Below, piece after piece: positions 37,133-48,500 of a stretch of 64,000 nucleotides of DNA (its first letter is position 1; each line of letters starts with the position of its first letter). The notes under the pieces are model-generated. The model was not told the origin of the DNA, ran no database searches, and saw only the letters and a program-made list of their open reading frames with translations. Source of the stretch: Marsupella aquatica. Taxonomy: Eukaryota; Plantae; Marchantiophyta. Both the position numbers and the translations under genes were made by a program. Location of the stretch: NCBI GenBank assembly GCA_973895155.1, contig OZ316897.1:13577375-13641374 (forward strand). Direction: 5' to 3'.

Positions 37133-39762
37133 CCAGCAGTAGCAATTATCATTGCAGCAAGCCAGGTTGTGAGTTCAAGCCTCGTTAATCCTGCCCAAGA
37201 CCAAAACCTAAGTGGTCACAGTAGATAAATAACCCCAGCAACACCCCCCCCCCCCCCCCCCCTCACACACACACACACACTTACTTTTGTGCCAATGGCA
37301 GCCATCTGAAAATTATGGTGTAGTGGTGTACAATGCAGGATATAACATTTTCCTACTTTATGGGGCCATTTTCAGGGGCCCATCACTTCAAGTCTTCAAC
37401 TGAACTTTGAGCCAATCAACCAGCTTTGCACAAACTTCCCATCCCAAAGTGGGGTTCACCAGAACCCTTTGCACACAAAATCATTGACACTTGGACGAAC
37501 CGAAGATCACTTTCTTATCACCTAAGTGCAAAAGGTGCAACATCTAAAAGTGGGACCCAAATTGGTTTACATGAAATGATTTCTCAGGGGTAACAAATAC
37601 TGTACATATTCTAATTTCGGCTGCATGTACTGTAGTAAGAAGTACAGTCCAATAATAATATATGCTTACTTGGTAGAGTGTGAGGAAGTGCCGGTACAGC
37701 CATTTCGCTGAACCACTCAATTCAAAGATTGATTGAAGGTGTTGGGTCTTTCGAGAGTGGAAAAGAAAAAAACGAGACAAAATTTGGTGGCGGGAGGACC
37801 AACGTTTTACTAACCACAGTACTGTACTGCTTTCAGAGTGCAAAGTTACACTCCCCCCCCCCTTTCCATTCTTGCACTGATGAGGCACTTGTGGAAGAGA
37901 GAGAGGTCCTCTGCCGGACATCGCTGAGCTGAATGCCTGGTAAAGGAGACGACGAGAGGCTACCATAGTCGATTTGGTAGGACGATCCGAATCAGACCAG
38001 GAGGACTGAAAGGAGAGGCCAGGATTTGTGCGCCTTCTATGAGATGTTTCTGTGAGTTTCCCATACCGCAGCAGCAGGAATGGCGAATTCCTGCTGTCCA
38101 CAGTGAGTGAGGACTCTCACTTGAGAGAGAGAAGAGAGAGAAGAGAGAGAATTGGCAAGGTCACACGATTGTCGATTGTGTTGGATGCTAAGTGAGGCAA
38201 GCAGAAGCAAGAATTGCAGAAGCTCAAGGTTGGTTCTGGTGAGGCAAAACTGCATTTCGTTTTTGTTGGGTGGGGATGGGCGGGATCCGTTTCGGCTTCT
38301 TCTTGGCGCCAGCAGCTCTGTGACATGATGATGAGCACGAATTGCCCGTCCATCCAGAGTTGCTCTCTACAGAACAGGGCATCTTGTGCACTACTACTTT
38401 CTCCCATCGATTTTTCATGAGTCCATTGAATTTCTCGAGGGGTTTCTCTTTTTCATCCTTCCTTGTTTGTCCTAGTTCTTATGAGTTGGCTGCCGTGGAC
38501 TACCAACTTAGACTCCATCGTCGGTCTGAATTGGCTGAGTAGTGACGTCCCACTCTCTTACCCCAACTCTGGCAGGGCCCACCCACTGCCGTCAAATTTC
38601 GCTGGTTGAAGTGGGCGAGAATTCGTGAAGGCAGCTGTGAGCAATTTTCAAGTCGCTTGAAGCAGAGGGGAGCAGGTCGTCTATTTTTCCCCTCACGCTC
38701 ACGGGACAGTGCCCACAAGGTAGCGATCAAAGGTTCTCGGCTAAGAATTGGACACTGGAAATTCTCGACGGGTTTGGAGTTGAGGAAGGAGTACAAGCCA
38801 GAAAAGAAATGGGAACGTCTTAAGTGAGTGGAGAAAACGAAACCCATCGTCAAGAACCGCTGATAGCCTAAGGTAATTCCTGATTCCCTCTGCTACTCCT
38901 GAAAAATTGGCTGTGCTAAGCAATCGAAAGGCTTACGTATCTTATCCTTGCTCCCTTTGTCGTCCGGCCCGTGATTGTGCTCATTGCTGTTGTCCTCCTT
39001 GTGCCTGTGGTCACTCACTGTGTTTCCTTTTAGTTCCCCACTGTTGTGCAGTAGTGTCTCTTGGGAGCTGCTCGACGCGTTCTCGGCCTGATCCATTAAG
39101 CCATCCGATGCTCTCTGCTTCTCTGTAGGAGGGTTTGCCTTCGGCGTGAATTCAGAGTGCCCCAGTTCACACATCGCTGTCCTGCCCTGTCCATGCCGTC
39201 TCGTCATTCCCCTTCATGGTCGGCATATTCCGCATTGGTGAGCAATGAAAAGCTGAGCGACGTGTTCGGGGATCTCCTCTGTGATTGTACCGACTGGAAT
39301 TCGTTCTCCGTAATAGCGCCTGACTGTTCTTCAGCAATTTCGTGCAACGAAGTGGCAGATAGTGTCTGTCTGTCTGTCTGGGGCAAACTTTGCACATTTC
39401 CCGTGTCCTTTTCCTATCTTCTTTGCCCGGTTTTCTATGAAGAGACCCTGAGCCAGAAGTCTCTAGAGAATGGGTTTTTTCTTTGCTGTTAGGTCCGACG
39501 ACCAGAGAGCCTTCCACCATTTAGTCCAGTCAACCATGGAATTCTGCAGGGCCCAGATTGAAAAATAATTTTAACATTTGGTTTGTGGTTGTGGATAAAG
39601 GACGGAGGGCTGTCCCAATTTTGTTCGGACGCTGCGTGTCAGAAGGATTGCAAAAAATGCTGAGAAGGGTTTTAGTAAATTAGTGAAGGACCCTGACGAC
39701 GGTTGGGGTTTTCGGATAGAAGGGATAGTCGACTTTGAGGTCGACTGCTAGACGAATCCGCC

Positions 39763-42700
39763 ATGGCTCTTACGTGTTTGAGCCGACCGGTGCTTCCCGG
39801 GCACTCCCCACATGTTTCGGGTTCCGAATTCGTGGTCCCTGCCTCATCGAAATCCCAGTCTGTCGTCGCCGTAGAATCCCCTCAGAACAGTCAAGCGACT
39901 GGAGCAATTGATGGCAAGGTCTACCAAACTCCAACTGCAGCGGTACATTGCAAGTTTTCATCTTCGTTTCATGGTTCTCGAACTCCCGAGGAGCTGACAT
40001 CGTCCTCATCAGCAAAGAGCGCGTGGAGAGATGTGCTGTTGTGCGCAGTTGCCAGCCTCGCACGTGTCGATGGATCTTCTGCTATCAAAGTAGGGGCGAA
40101 ATTGCCCAAGGATTTTCCGTCTTGGCGTGGGGAAGACAATGTCGATGAGAAGACGCAGCTGGACCCTATCCAGTATGACAAAAGGGATCCTCCAACAGAT
40201 GTATACGCTCCTGGACGCCGAATCGTTGCCAGTATGTATACTTCTCTGTCCATCCTAGTTCGTGATCTTGCAAAGACTCATTACGTAGAAAAGGTGTCTA
40301 CCCTGGCATTGTTGCTGCTTTCGTGTTGAAGCCTCTGGGTGATGCTTTTCGCAAAAACGGTGTACCTATCTTATTCTTTCAAGGACGAGCTGCAGGAATC
40401 GACTTGTTTGGTAAAGTTTTGTAAGCAAAATTACTTCTAAAGTCAGTGTAACTAGAGCTCCATATTATGTCATGACGAACTGAAATGATGGTAAAAAGTC
40501 CAACATGATAATGTTTGCAGTCGGAGATGTACATGGGGACTTGCCGAGGACCGAGTGGGCATTGCAACTGGCTGGGGTTTTGAGCTCAGATGGTTTAGGT
40601 CGCTGGATTGGAGGCAGTACAGTAAGTTGCTTACTACTTTAATGCTAATTTCTTCTATTCGCTAGTCAAGGGTTTCATCTCGTGGTAATAAAGGCTCTTA
40701 CACCTCCATTGGAGCCCTAACACACTTCGAAAAACTTCCCAATATCAATTTGAGGGACTCCTTCACAGATACGATTCTTTTGGGATGAGCCTGGCCGAAT
40801 TATTAAAACAATGCCACGCTTTTAGATGTCTCCATTATGTTAAGGCTTGTCGGCAACGTTTTGAAGCGGAAACCACAATTACATCTTGACCACGGATATT
40901 CTTCTGGTTTTGTAAAGTAATTGCGATGGTACTTGTCTGGTAGGTTCTTGTTCAAGTGGGAGATATACTTGACCGTGGGCAAGATGAGATAGCGATCTTG
41001 TCTCTGTTGCACAACCTCAGCCAGCAAGCGCAGCGCAGGGGTGGGGCTGTGTTTCAGGTTTTGATTTTCGGTCTTTTTTTCTTGTATACCCAAAATTATT
41101 TCGGAATTTGAATCAAATGCTTTTTTTTTGTGTATATTCAAAGTTCAACCTCAAGGGACCATTCCATAGAACGTAGCTTGTGACCTCCGAGAATTTTGAT
41201 GATGGTCCTGCAAACTGGATGTCTCCGTTGGACCCTGAGATGATTTGCTCACAGTGCCTGTATTGCTGGATTCCTGGTGTAATGTAGAAAAAGTAACTCT
41301 TTATTTACAATTCATTACGATTTCTCACTACCTGACTGTCATTTTCTGTCGAACCAGATCAATGGTAATCATGAGACCATGAACGTTGAAGGGGATTTCC
41401 GGTTCGTGGAGCCTGGTGGATTTGAAGAAGCAGAGGATTTCACAGAGTACTGTGAAGAAGTGCATGATGGTGACTACGAGGCTGCATTTTCAGGATGGTA
41501 TCTTGCATCTAAGAAGAGAAAGGCGGCTCGATTACGTCCTTTTATTGTCAGCTGGATCTTTAATCCAATGAAGGTAATCTTTTCCTTGCCAAGTGTCGTT
41601 ACGTCCTGTTTGGTCTCTCTGATAAGTGCAAGCAATTTGTGACGCCAGAATAAGGCAGACTTGATGAGATTTTGGATGTGGATATACCTCCTTGGAGTTG
41701 TTTTACGGTTCCTTGGTCGCCGATTGTCCTTTACAGTAGTGGACTGGCGTTTCTTTGCTGCGGTATTTACGCAAGTTTAGGATGCATCAGAAGTGTGCAC
41801 TGGAAGCTGTAAAGTAGTTTATGTTAGTGCCTATTCGCTAGGGCATTTCAAAACCTGAGCAGCAGTGTGGCATAAACTTGCCACTTACTCTTCTATCCAA
41901 GGCACCTGCCTGACTCTGATATTGTCTGGCGGAATTAAATAGATGCAAAAGGGCGCCGCTGCAAGAGCATACCTCTTCAGTCCTGGTGGACCCGTAGCAA
42001 AGAAGTTGTCACAACATGGAGTGGTGCTGAAGGTGAATGGTTGGCTTTTCGCCCATGGTGGTGTATTGCCTCATCATGGTAAGAATCCATCGTCCATAAT
42101 ACCTTTCTCCTTTAGAATAATGCAGTATAGTTTTAGATTAATCAGGAATGGATCGAATTTCATTTCGCCGAGTAGTGCTCGTTTGCGTAAGAGAAAGGAA
42201 CTGCCACAATGTAACTGGGGCTGATCGTACTTTGCCAGTCGAGTATGGGCTGGCGAGACTCAACGAAGAGGTCACTCAATGGATGCGAGGAGACCAGTTG
42301 CAGGCAAACAATCAACAAAGTCAACTACCCTTCATGGCAATAAGAGGCTATGACAGCATCGTATGGAGTAGGCTGTATTCGAGAGATGACAATTTCTCAC
42401 CGCAAGATAAACTCAAAGTAAGGAACTATTAAACTCATGTCCATGCCTTGATTACATTTTATTTGTGGCACTCTCCTTGCATCCAGGCCTGCTTAGCTTA
42501 TCTGCATGAGTTTAGACCTAAGTACTAAACAGTAAGTTGTCTCCTTACCCTGAAGAGCAAGATATTTGGAAATGTGTTTCTGGTGCTCGTCGTTGCTGAG
42601 TTTTTGTCTCGCTGTTCTTAGTAAGAGACTGAATTCGGTAGTCTGGTGGTTACTGACCTTGCTCATGTTCAAACGACAGGCATGTGCGGTGCTCGAAGCA

Positions 42701-43277
42701 ACTTTGGAAGCAGTTGGTGCCAAGGCTCTAGTCGTTGGTCATACTCCACAACCATACGGTGCCAATTGGTATGTTAAAAATTATCCTGCTGAAGGAAGGT
42801 CCTCACTCCCCAGGTTCAATTCATGTCGGTGTGGGTATAATGTCTTGTGGGTGATGTTATTGCCCTAGGTGTTTTTTTTGGTATCCAAAGACATCTTGAC
42901 GTCCTTCTAAAGTATCATGTCGGGTCCTATTTAACTCTCCTGGAATGTGTATTGTTGCAGTGAATGCAAAGGACAAGTTTGGCGCATTGACGTCGGAATG
43001 TCGAGTGGGGTACTAAATGCTGAGCCTGAGGTAATTTTCCCGAACTATCCGAAGTGGGGAAGCTTTAGTTATTCGGTCATTCTTCTATGTGTTTGTTGCT
43101 AGTTACCAAGGCGATGTTATGGATTATCTATTGTCTCTGGCTAAGATCAACAATCACTACTAACAACTATACGTGCAGGTCTTGGAAATGAATGGCAACC
43201 ATGCACAAGTGTTGAGTGGAAGAAGCTACGATCAAGAGAATGCAGTATCTTTCAAGTTCACTGATGTTCAATTCTAG
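39763..43277 (+). CDS. SLP1: Shewanella-like protein phosphatase 1 (PPP/calcineurin-like metallophosphoesterase); 9 exons 39763-40231, 40521-40621, 40944-41057, 41358-41573, 41943-42078, 42239-42417, 42680-42768, 42961-43030, 43179-43277
   Basis: Motifs PGRRIVAIGDVHGD, VQVGDILDRG, NGNHETMN, FAHGGVLPHH, VVGHTPQ and WRIDVGMSSG. Ser-rich N-terminus resembles a transit peptide. GT-AG junctions are in frame. Confidence 0.93.
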
Positions 43278-43842
43278 GGCAGCTCCACTTTCATTGATAC
43301 CAGGAATTGTATTTTAGCCCATTTTCATTCAGTTGTGGGTGCTTTGATACTATGTAGAGATTTTGTCACCAAAATCACGTAATACTAGATACTAAACCAG
43401 CTCGTCAAGAGGGGGAACTACATGGTGGTTACCCGTGTAGTAGCTGCTGGTGAGCATTGTAACCATGTAATATAGTTCTCTGAGGTAATTTCAATATTTT
43501 TCCCATTCAAACTGCTTACTGAATTATTCCTAAGGAATGTGTCATTGAGGAGTCAGATTTACTTCAAAGCTTTAGACTCGCTCAAAACCATTGGAGCCGA
43601 AGAAGCAAACAACCATGATTTACTTTCCAGCCAGCGCAACTCAGCTTTCACTCTGGTCACCAGTAATCACCACAAGGACACGCGCCATCTTAAAAATTGT
43701 GAAAGCGATTTGCATCCCTCGCTTCTTAAACCCATGACCCTCAACGTCCTGCCCTACGATACAATGCCCTACGATACAATACAATGCTTCTACTCAGCCC
43801 GAGCTTGTAGGATTATCGATGCATAACATAAATTCGGAACAT

Positions 43843-43920
43843 AAGGATTCAAGTTATGCATAAGAGATGGCGGATTCAAGTAGTGCATAAGATTTGGCGG
43901 ATTCAAGTAATGCGTAAGGA
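43843..43920. repeat. ~27-bp tandem repeat x3
   Basis: ggattcaagt..tgc.taag repeated three times. Confidence 0.75.
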
Positions 43921-43931
43921 TTATAGATTTG

Positions 43932-44898
43932 TCAGCTAGATTCCAGAATTTTCCATATTTGTCCCAGAATTCTAGAGTATTTTACTGGGAACCTTGTCGT
44001 CAACGTAGAAGAAGCCAGTGATGTGAGATGTCCATTGCATGGTGTTATACATTTTCGGATGAAGGTCAGCAGTGGCGTTAAAGTGGCTGACACGACCCTT
44101 TTGAATGCACCATTCAATTCATATTTCTCTTCATCGACGAATCTATCGATAGCTCTTGGACTGGCGGTCAAGCGGATTCAGATGCTGGCTCGAAGTCGGA
44201 TCAGGTCCCTAATTGCTCGTAACTTGATTCTGTCAGATTTGACAGCAGAAGTAGTCATTCATATGCTTCGACAACCTTGCTTAAATATTCTTCGAGTAAT
44301 ATTATTGTCTCAAGGTTGAACTTTCCTACGCGGACACGATCCACACAAGTTATAAAGTGGGGTGAGCTCCATGTAAACTTCTAGGAGTAAACATTGTCAG
44401 ATAGGCATTTCCCTCCATTCCTTGTGCAAATAATATTCAGGATTTTTCATCCTGCGGCAGCCAGTTGTCAGCAAGTCTGCTTAGAGAATAAAATTATTTT
44501 CCTAACACGAGATCTTCGACCGACCACTGTGATGCATGCTGTCGTGAAAGATCCAGTAAAGGTAGAGATATCTACTGAGCTAACAATAATTAAAACAAAA
44601 TCATGTCAATCGCTCCTGTCGTAGCGCAAGCACTCCACAGGCACAATACTCATTCCACGTCTTTTCCAGCGTGGAGTTCGATTTATTAGTACAGTAGACA
44701 TCACTAATGGCTGACAGCAAAATCTTAAAACTCCACTTACTCTAGTGTATTTAACTGCCAAAAGCCACTGTCAGTGTTATCAACTTGCCCCTGTAACCAT
44801 ATTCAAGATACAACTACTATTCGACAATCTCACATGCTACCCGGGATGTCTCATCATCTTGTTATCTACCCTCTTTCGGTAGCTCTTGCCAGCTTAAG
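43932..44898 (-). pseudogene. Decayed relic of the SPP C-terminal (S6PP_C) domain exons
   Basis: After the SPP stop, a shifted frame reads [43 protein letters not shown]. Further downstream are FKQGCRSI* and FVDEEKYELNG. These resemble plant SPP C-domain motifs but carry stops and frameshifts. Confidence 0.6.
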
Positions 44899-47599
44899 TC
44901 ACGAGGCGGTTTTAGGGATGAAGTTGAAGTGCTGCATTGCTTCGACGATTCCTGCTGCACATCTTTGTGTCGCCCGAAATATTTTGGCGTTGTCTTTTGT
45001 ATGTTTCTCATGCCATTGAATTAGCTCCTCCATTGCATTTCCAACCTGAGGAAGCCAAAAGTCATTCAAGAAATGTAAGGGACAGCACATTTTGGCAGCA
45101 ACTTATAAGATATGAGGCGAACTCTTAGCATCCTCTTGTCAACATCTACAATAAGATGAATGGCAGTCTCCAATCAGAAGCCGATGCATGTGGAAAGATG
45201 AAAGCCAACAAGTGTCAGCTGGTTCGAGAATTAAAAGCTTACCATCACTCCATGTACGTCTGCAACCGCAAAGAGCTCCGCATCGTTCCCAGAATCTCCG
45301 CACACAAGAGTGTTTACAGGAGATCTATTCTCGGCCTTAAATTTTTTAAGTAGGTAGGCCAGAGCCTGGCCTTTCCCTGCTCCTTGAGGAAGTACATCTA
45401 GATCAAGGCCTCCACTGTAGATCAATTTCGCATTTACCTGTAACCCAAATCGAAATGATTTCAGAATTTCCCTGGCTCAATCAACCTACCTAGAAGGCAA
45501 GAATGTCTGAAGTACGTCATGAATGAGGAAAAGAAATCATCCCTGGCTAATATTTAACTAATCTACCAAGCCTGTTTCTTCTCTTTCAGATGAAATTTAT
45601 TATTTCATTAACGGAAAAGAAACAGAGAATCCATGGAACTCGAAACAGAAAGTTGGGAAAAACGAATATCGAAAAGATGAGGACGTCTTCAGAATTCGCT
45701 TGTCAGCAGAATCAAAGAACGAAAAACCAAAAAAACGGCCCATAACGCTCAAACGAACGATAACTACTTACCCCACGAGCCTTGAGCTTTTCAGAAAGCT
45801 CTTCGACAATTTGCACTGCCTTGGCTTTCTCGACATAAAAACTCAACTTATGGGGCCTCTGCTCCGATTCATCCTGCACGAGAGTACAGGCACTATTTCG
45901 AAAACGAGTCAATAATCAATAATGAAAACAAAAAACGTAGGCTCGTTTTCTGAGGTCAATATCGATTCGTCTAGAGTTCAAAACATATAGTTACATTAAA
46001 AGAGTCCCAAAAAAAACCTTTATCAAGAACAAACGAAATCCGTATCAATCAAGAAAATTGTACCAGAAACTTCACAGCTGCATTGGAATATGGTGATCCG
46101 AACTGCCATATGCACTCCCAGATGCAAATCTGTCTAGAACTCAAATGAACCTTCCCGTTCCTTTCTTTGCTGCCTCAACGTAACTGAGAATAAAGGCAAA
46201 ACTCTACCACAAAACCAGCAAGTGAATTAGTATCAATCGAGAACAGAAAAACCGTACCTGAAACTTCAAAGCCAGTTTCTTGGCCTCTTCGACTACCGCA
46301 TTGCGATCCCACCCTTGATTCAGCTCCTCGATCCAGCCAGCGTCCGCTTCCAAGGTGTCTCCGTAGACGATCTCCGTCCCAACCGACGTTATTGCAATGT
46401 CCGGAGTCAGCAGTGGCACTTCACTTCGGAGCTTCTGGTACAGAATTGGAGACCTTCCGGTCGAAAACACCAGCATAGAATCATGCCTGAAGTCTGCTTC
46501 CCAAAGCGAGCCAAACCGTAAAAGTGAGGTGTTCTCTTTGTCTTGATGATCAACCTGGAATTAAAATAAAAACAGCAGATGTAACAGGAGATAAGACAAT
46601 CAGGAACCGCCACCCAGAGAATGTCACAAGGCAATGAAGCAGAGTGCATACAATATAGAACGAACAAAGGAAGGAACAAATGTTCAGGAAATTTTTCTCC
46701 TTGCACTGCCAATTTCCCATCCACTTCTCTAATTGGAGAACTTGGGTTCTGTGTCCATCCGAATTATTTATATTCGTAAAAGGTCGGAACTCAAAGGTGC
46801 ATTTCATCTCCAGGCTCATCAGCATCCAATTCCTGGGTACTCTAACCCTCTGGTACAAATGGCATTTTAAGCACTCTCAATTGCCCGGAAGGAAGCTCAA
46901 CTCTCACTGCAAGGTCAGAATCGTGATATTCTCCTACTCGTTCAAAGATACGGGAGACACAACGCAGCCTACTCATCCTTTCTTCCCAAATGGCCAAATG
47001 CACGAATTCTCAATTCTCCAGAGCAATTCCCTAACAAACGAAACGGTGGCTGGCGAAAGCATTGATTGTGCTCCAATTTCCTCAGCGGAGGGAGAGAAAG
47101 CCGCTCCCGGGAACAAGGTCAGAATTCCACGCAGCGATCCAGAAGTTATTTCCAGGCAATTGATGAAAGAGCGCTACACACACACTTGTCATCATCTCTA
47201 TGGAAGAAGAAGCTGCTGGACAAACAGGGAGGAGGGGAGAGATGGGGAGGGACGGGCTGCCAAACAAGAAGGACATCCGACCATTGTGTTGTCGAGATCC
47301 GACACGATCAGCAGTCGGGGAGAAGCTCCCTTTGCCATGGCTACTCGCTGGCTGAATGCTCCTGCTGCTGCTGCTGCTGCGGATGTCCCAATTCTCCGAG
47401 CAGCAGTCGAGTCACAGACAACTAATTGCGGTCGACGAAATCTCTCAGCTGGACGCTGAAAGCTGGAAGGTGGGGAATGAGTTCTGCTCCAAAAGCATGG
47501 AGAGCTTGATGGGCAGATACGTGGCACGCCGGGCCTCCCGGATTGGGTGTAGTTTGCCTCAATTACCACCGGCCATTTGAAGGAAAGCAGGGATCGCAT
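44899..47599 (-). CDS. SPP: Sucrose-phosphate phosphatase (HAD IIB), catalytic domain only; exons 47599 (or 47338)-47282, 46554-46258, 45873-45772, 45437-45243, 45045-44899
   Basis: Motifs [74 protein letters not shown] and [13 protein letters not shown]. Phase-0 GT-AG junctions. 265 aa from MAKG, or 352 aa from the upstream ATG. Confidence 0.9.
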
Positions 47600-47719
47600 T
47601 GCCACGCAAAGGAGAGGGCGAGATGAGGCGATGTGAGGGAGGCCCACTCTTCCCGTTTGCGATCGACGTATCTCAGAAGTTTGCCGTGGGATCTCATATA
47701 TGATATCACAATTGATTGA

Positions 47720-48500
47720 AGGGTAGGAGACTCAGTCCGGCCCCTCTGGAGGGTAGGACAACGGTAGGACGACGAGAGAGTGATAACGTTACTAAGGGTA
47801 GGACCGATGATTTTCCTAAAGTACTGTACCTAGCTCGCTCCTAAAGTACCGTATCTCCTTTAGGAATTTCATTACTCTTACTCAGGGCCGTCTTGCATGT
47901 GACAAGTCCTTTGTGTTCCAGCCCTAAACTGAACCCGTGGCATTTGTAAATGCAACGACAGGCTGGCAGTCGTGACGGCGGCTTTAGAGGATATGCAAGG
48001 GCAAGGGCAGGAAATTTTCCGGCCCTTGAGGTCCCGAACTTTGAACTGCGAATAAAACAAAACCGCAGCGGCTCCTGCCCTGTACAATTTGTGGTGCCAA
48101 AGACAAAGAAGTAAATGCGATTGAGTAAGCACGGCACACGTAAGCTCTTCTTGATTGTATTTTGCCGACATCGGTGGGCTGCTAAGGGTCGCTTTCTTCA
48201 GGACTCTTGCACATGCAAGACAGCCCTAAGGGCCGTCTTGCATGTGGGCAGCCTTTGAGTTTCCGCTTCAACTGAACAGGTGGCATTTCAGCATTGGTAG
48301 GGCAATGGGAGGAAGAGGGGAGAGTAATGACGTTCCTAAGGGTAGGACCGATGACATTCCTAAAGTACTGTACCTATCTCTCTCCTAAAGTACTGTACCT
48401 CCTTTACGAATCATGTCATTATTCCTATTGTAGTAAGGGACGTCTTGCATGTGGGTGGCCATTGAGTTTCCAGCCCTCAACTGAAAGGATGGCATTTCAA
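47720..48500. repeat. Compound repeat upstream of SPP (~545-bp-spaced duplication with internal subrepeats)
   Basis: taagggtaggaccgatga..ttcctaaagtactgtacct at ~47793 and ~48337. ggg.cgtcttgcatgtg...aactgaa...tggcattt at ~47885, ~48230 and ~48437. Confidence 0.8.

Noticed and set aside
46680-47459. 259-aa plus-strand ORF
   Set aside because: It is antisense to SPP exon 1 and intron 1 and has no recognisable motifs.
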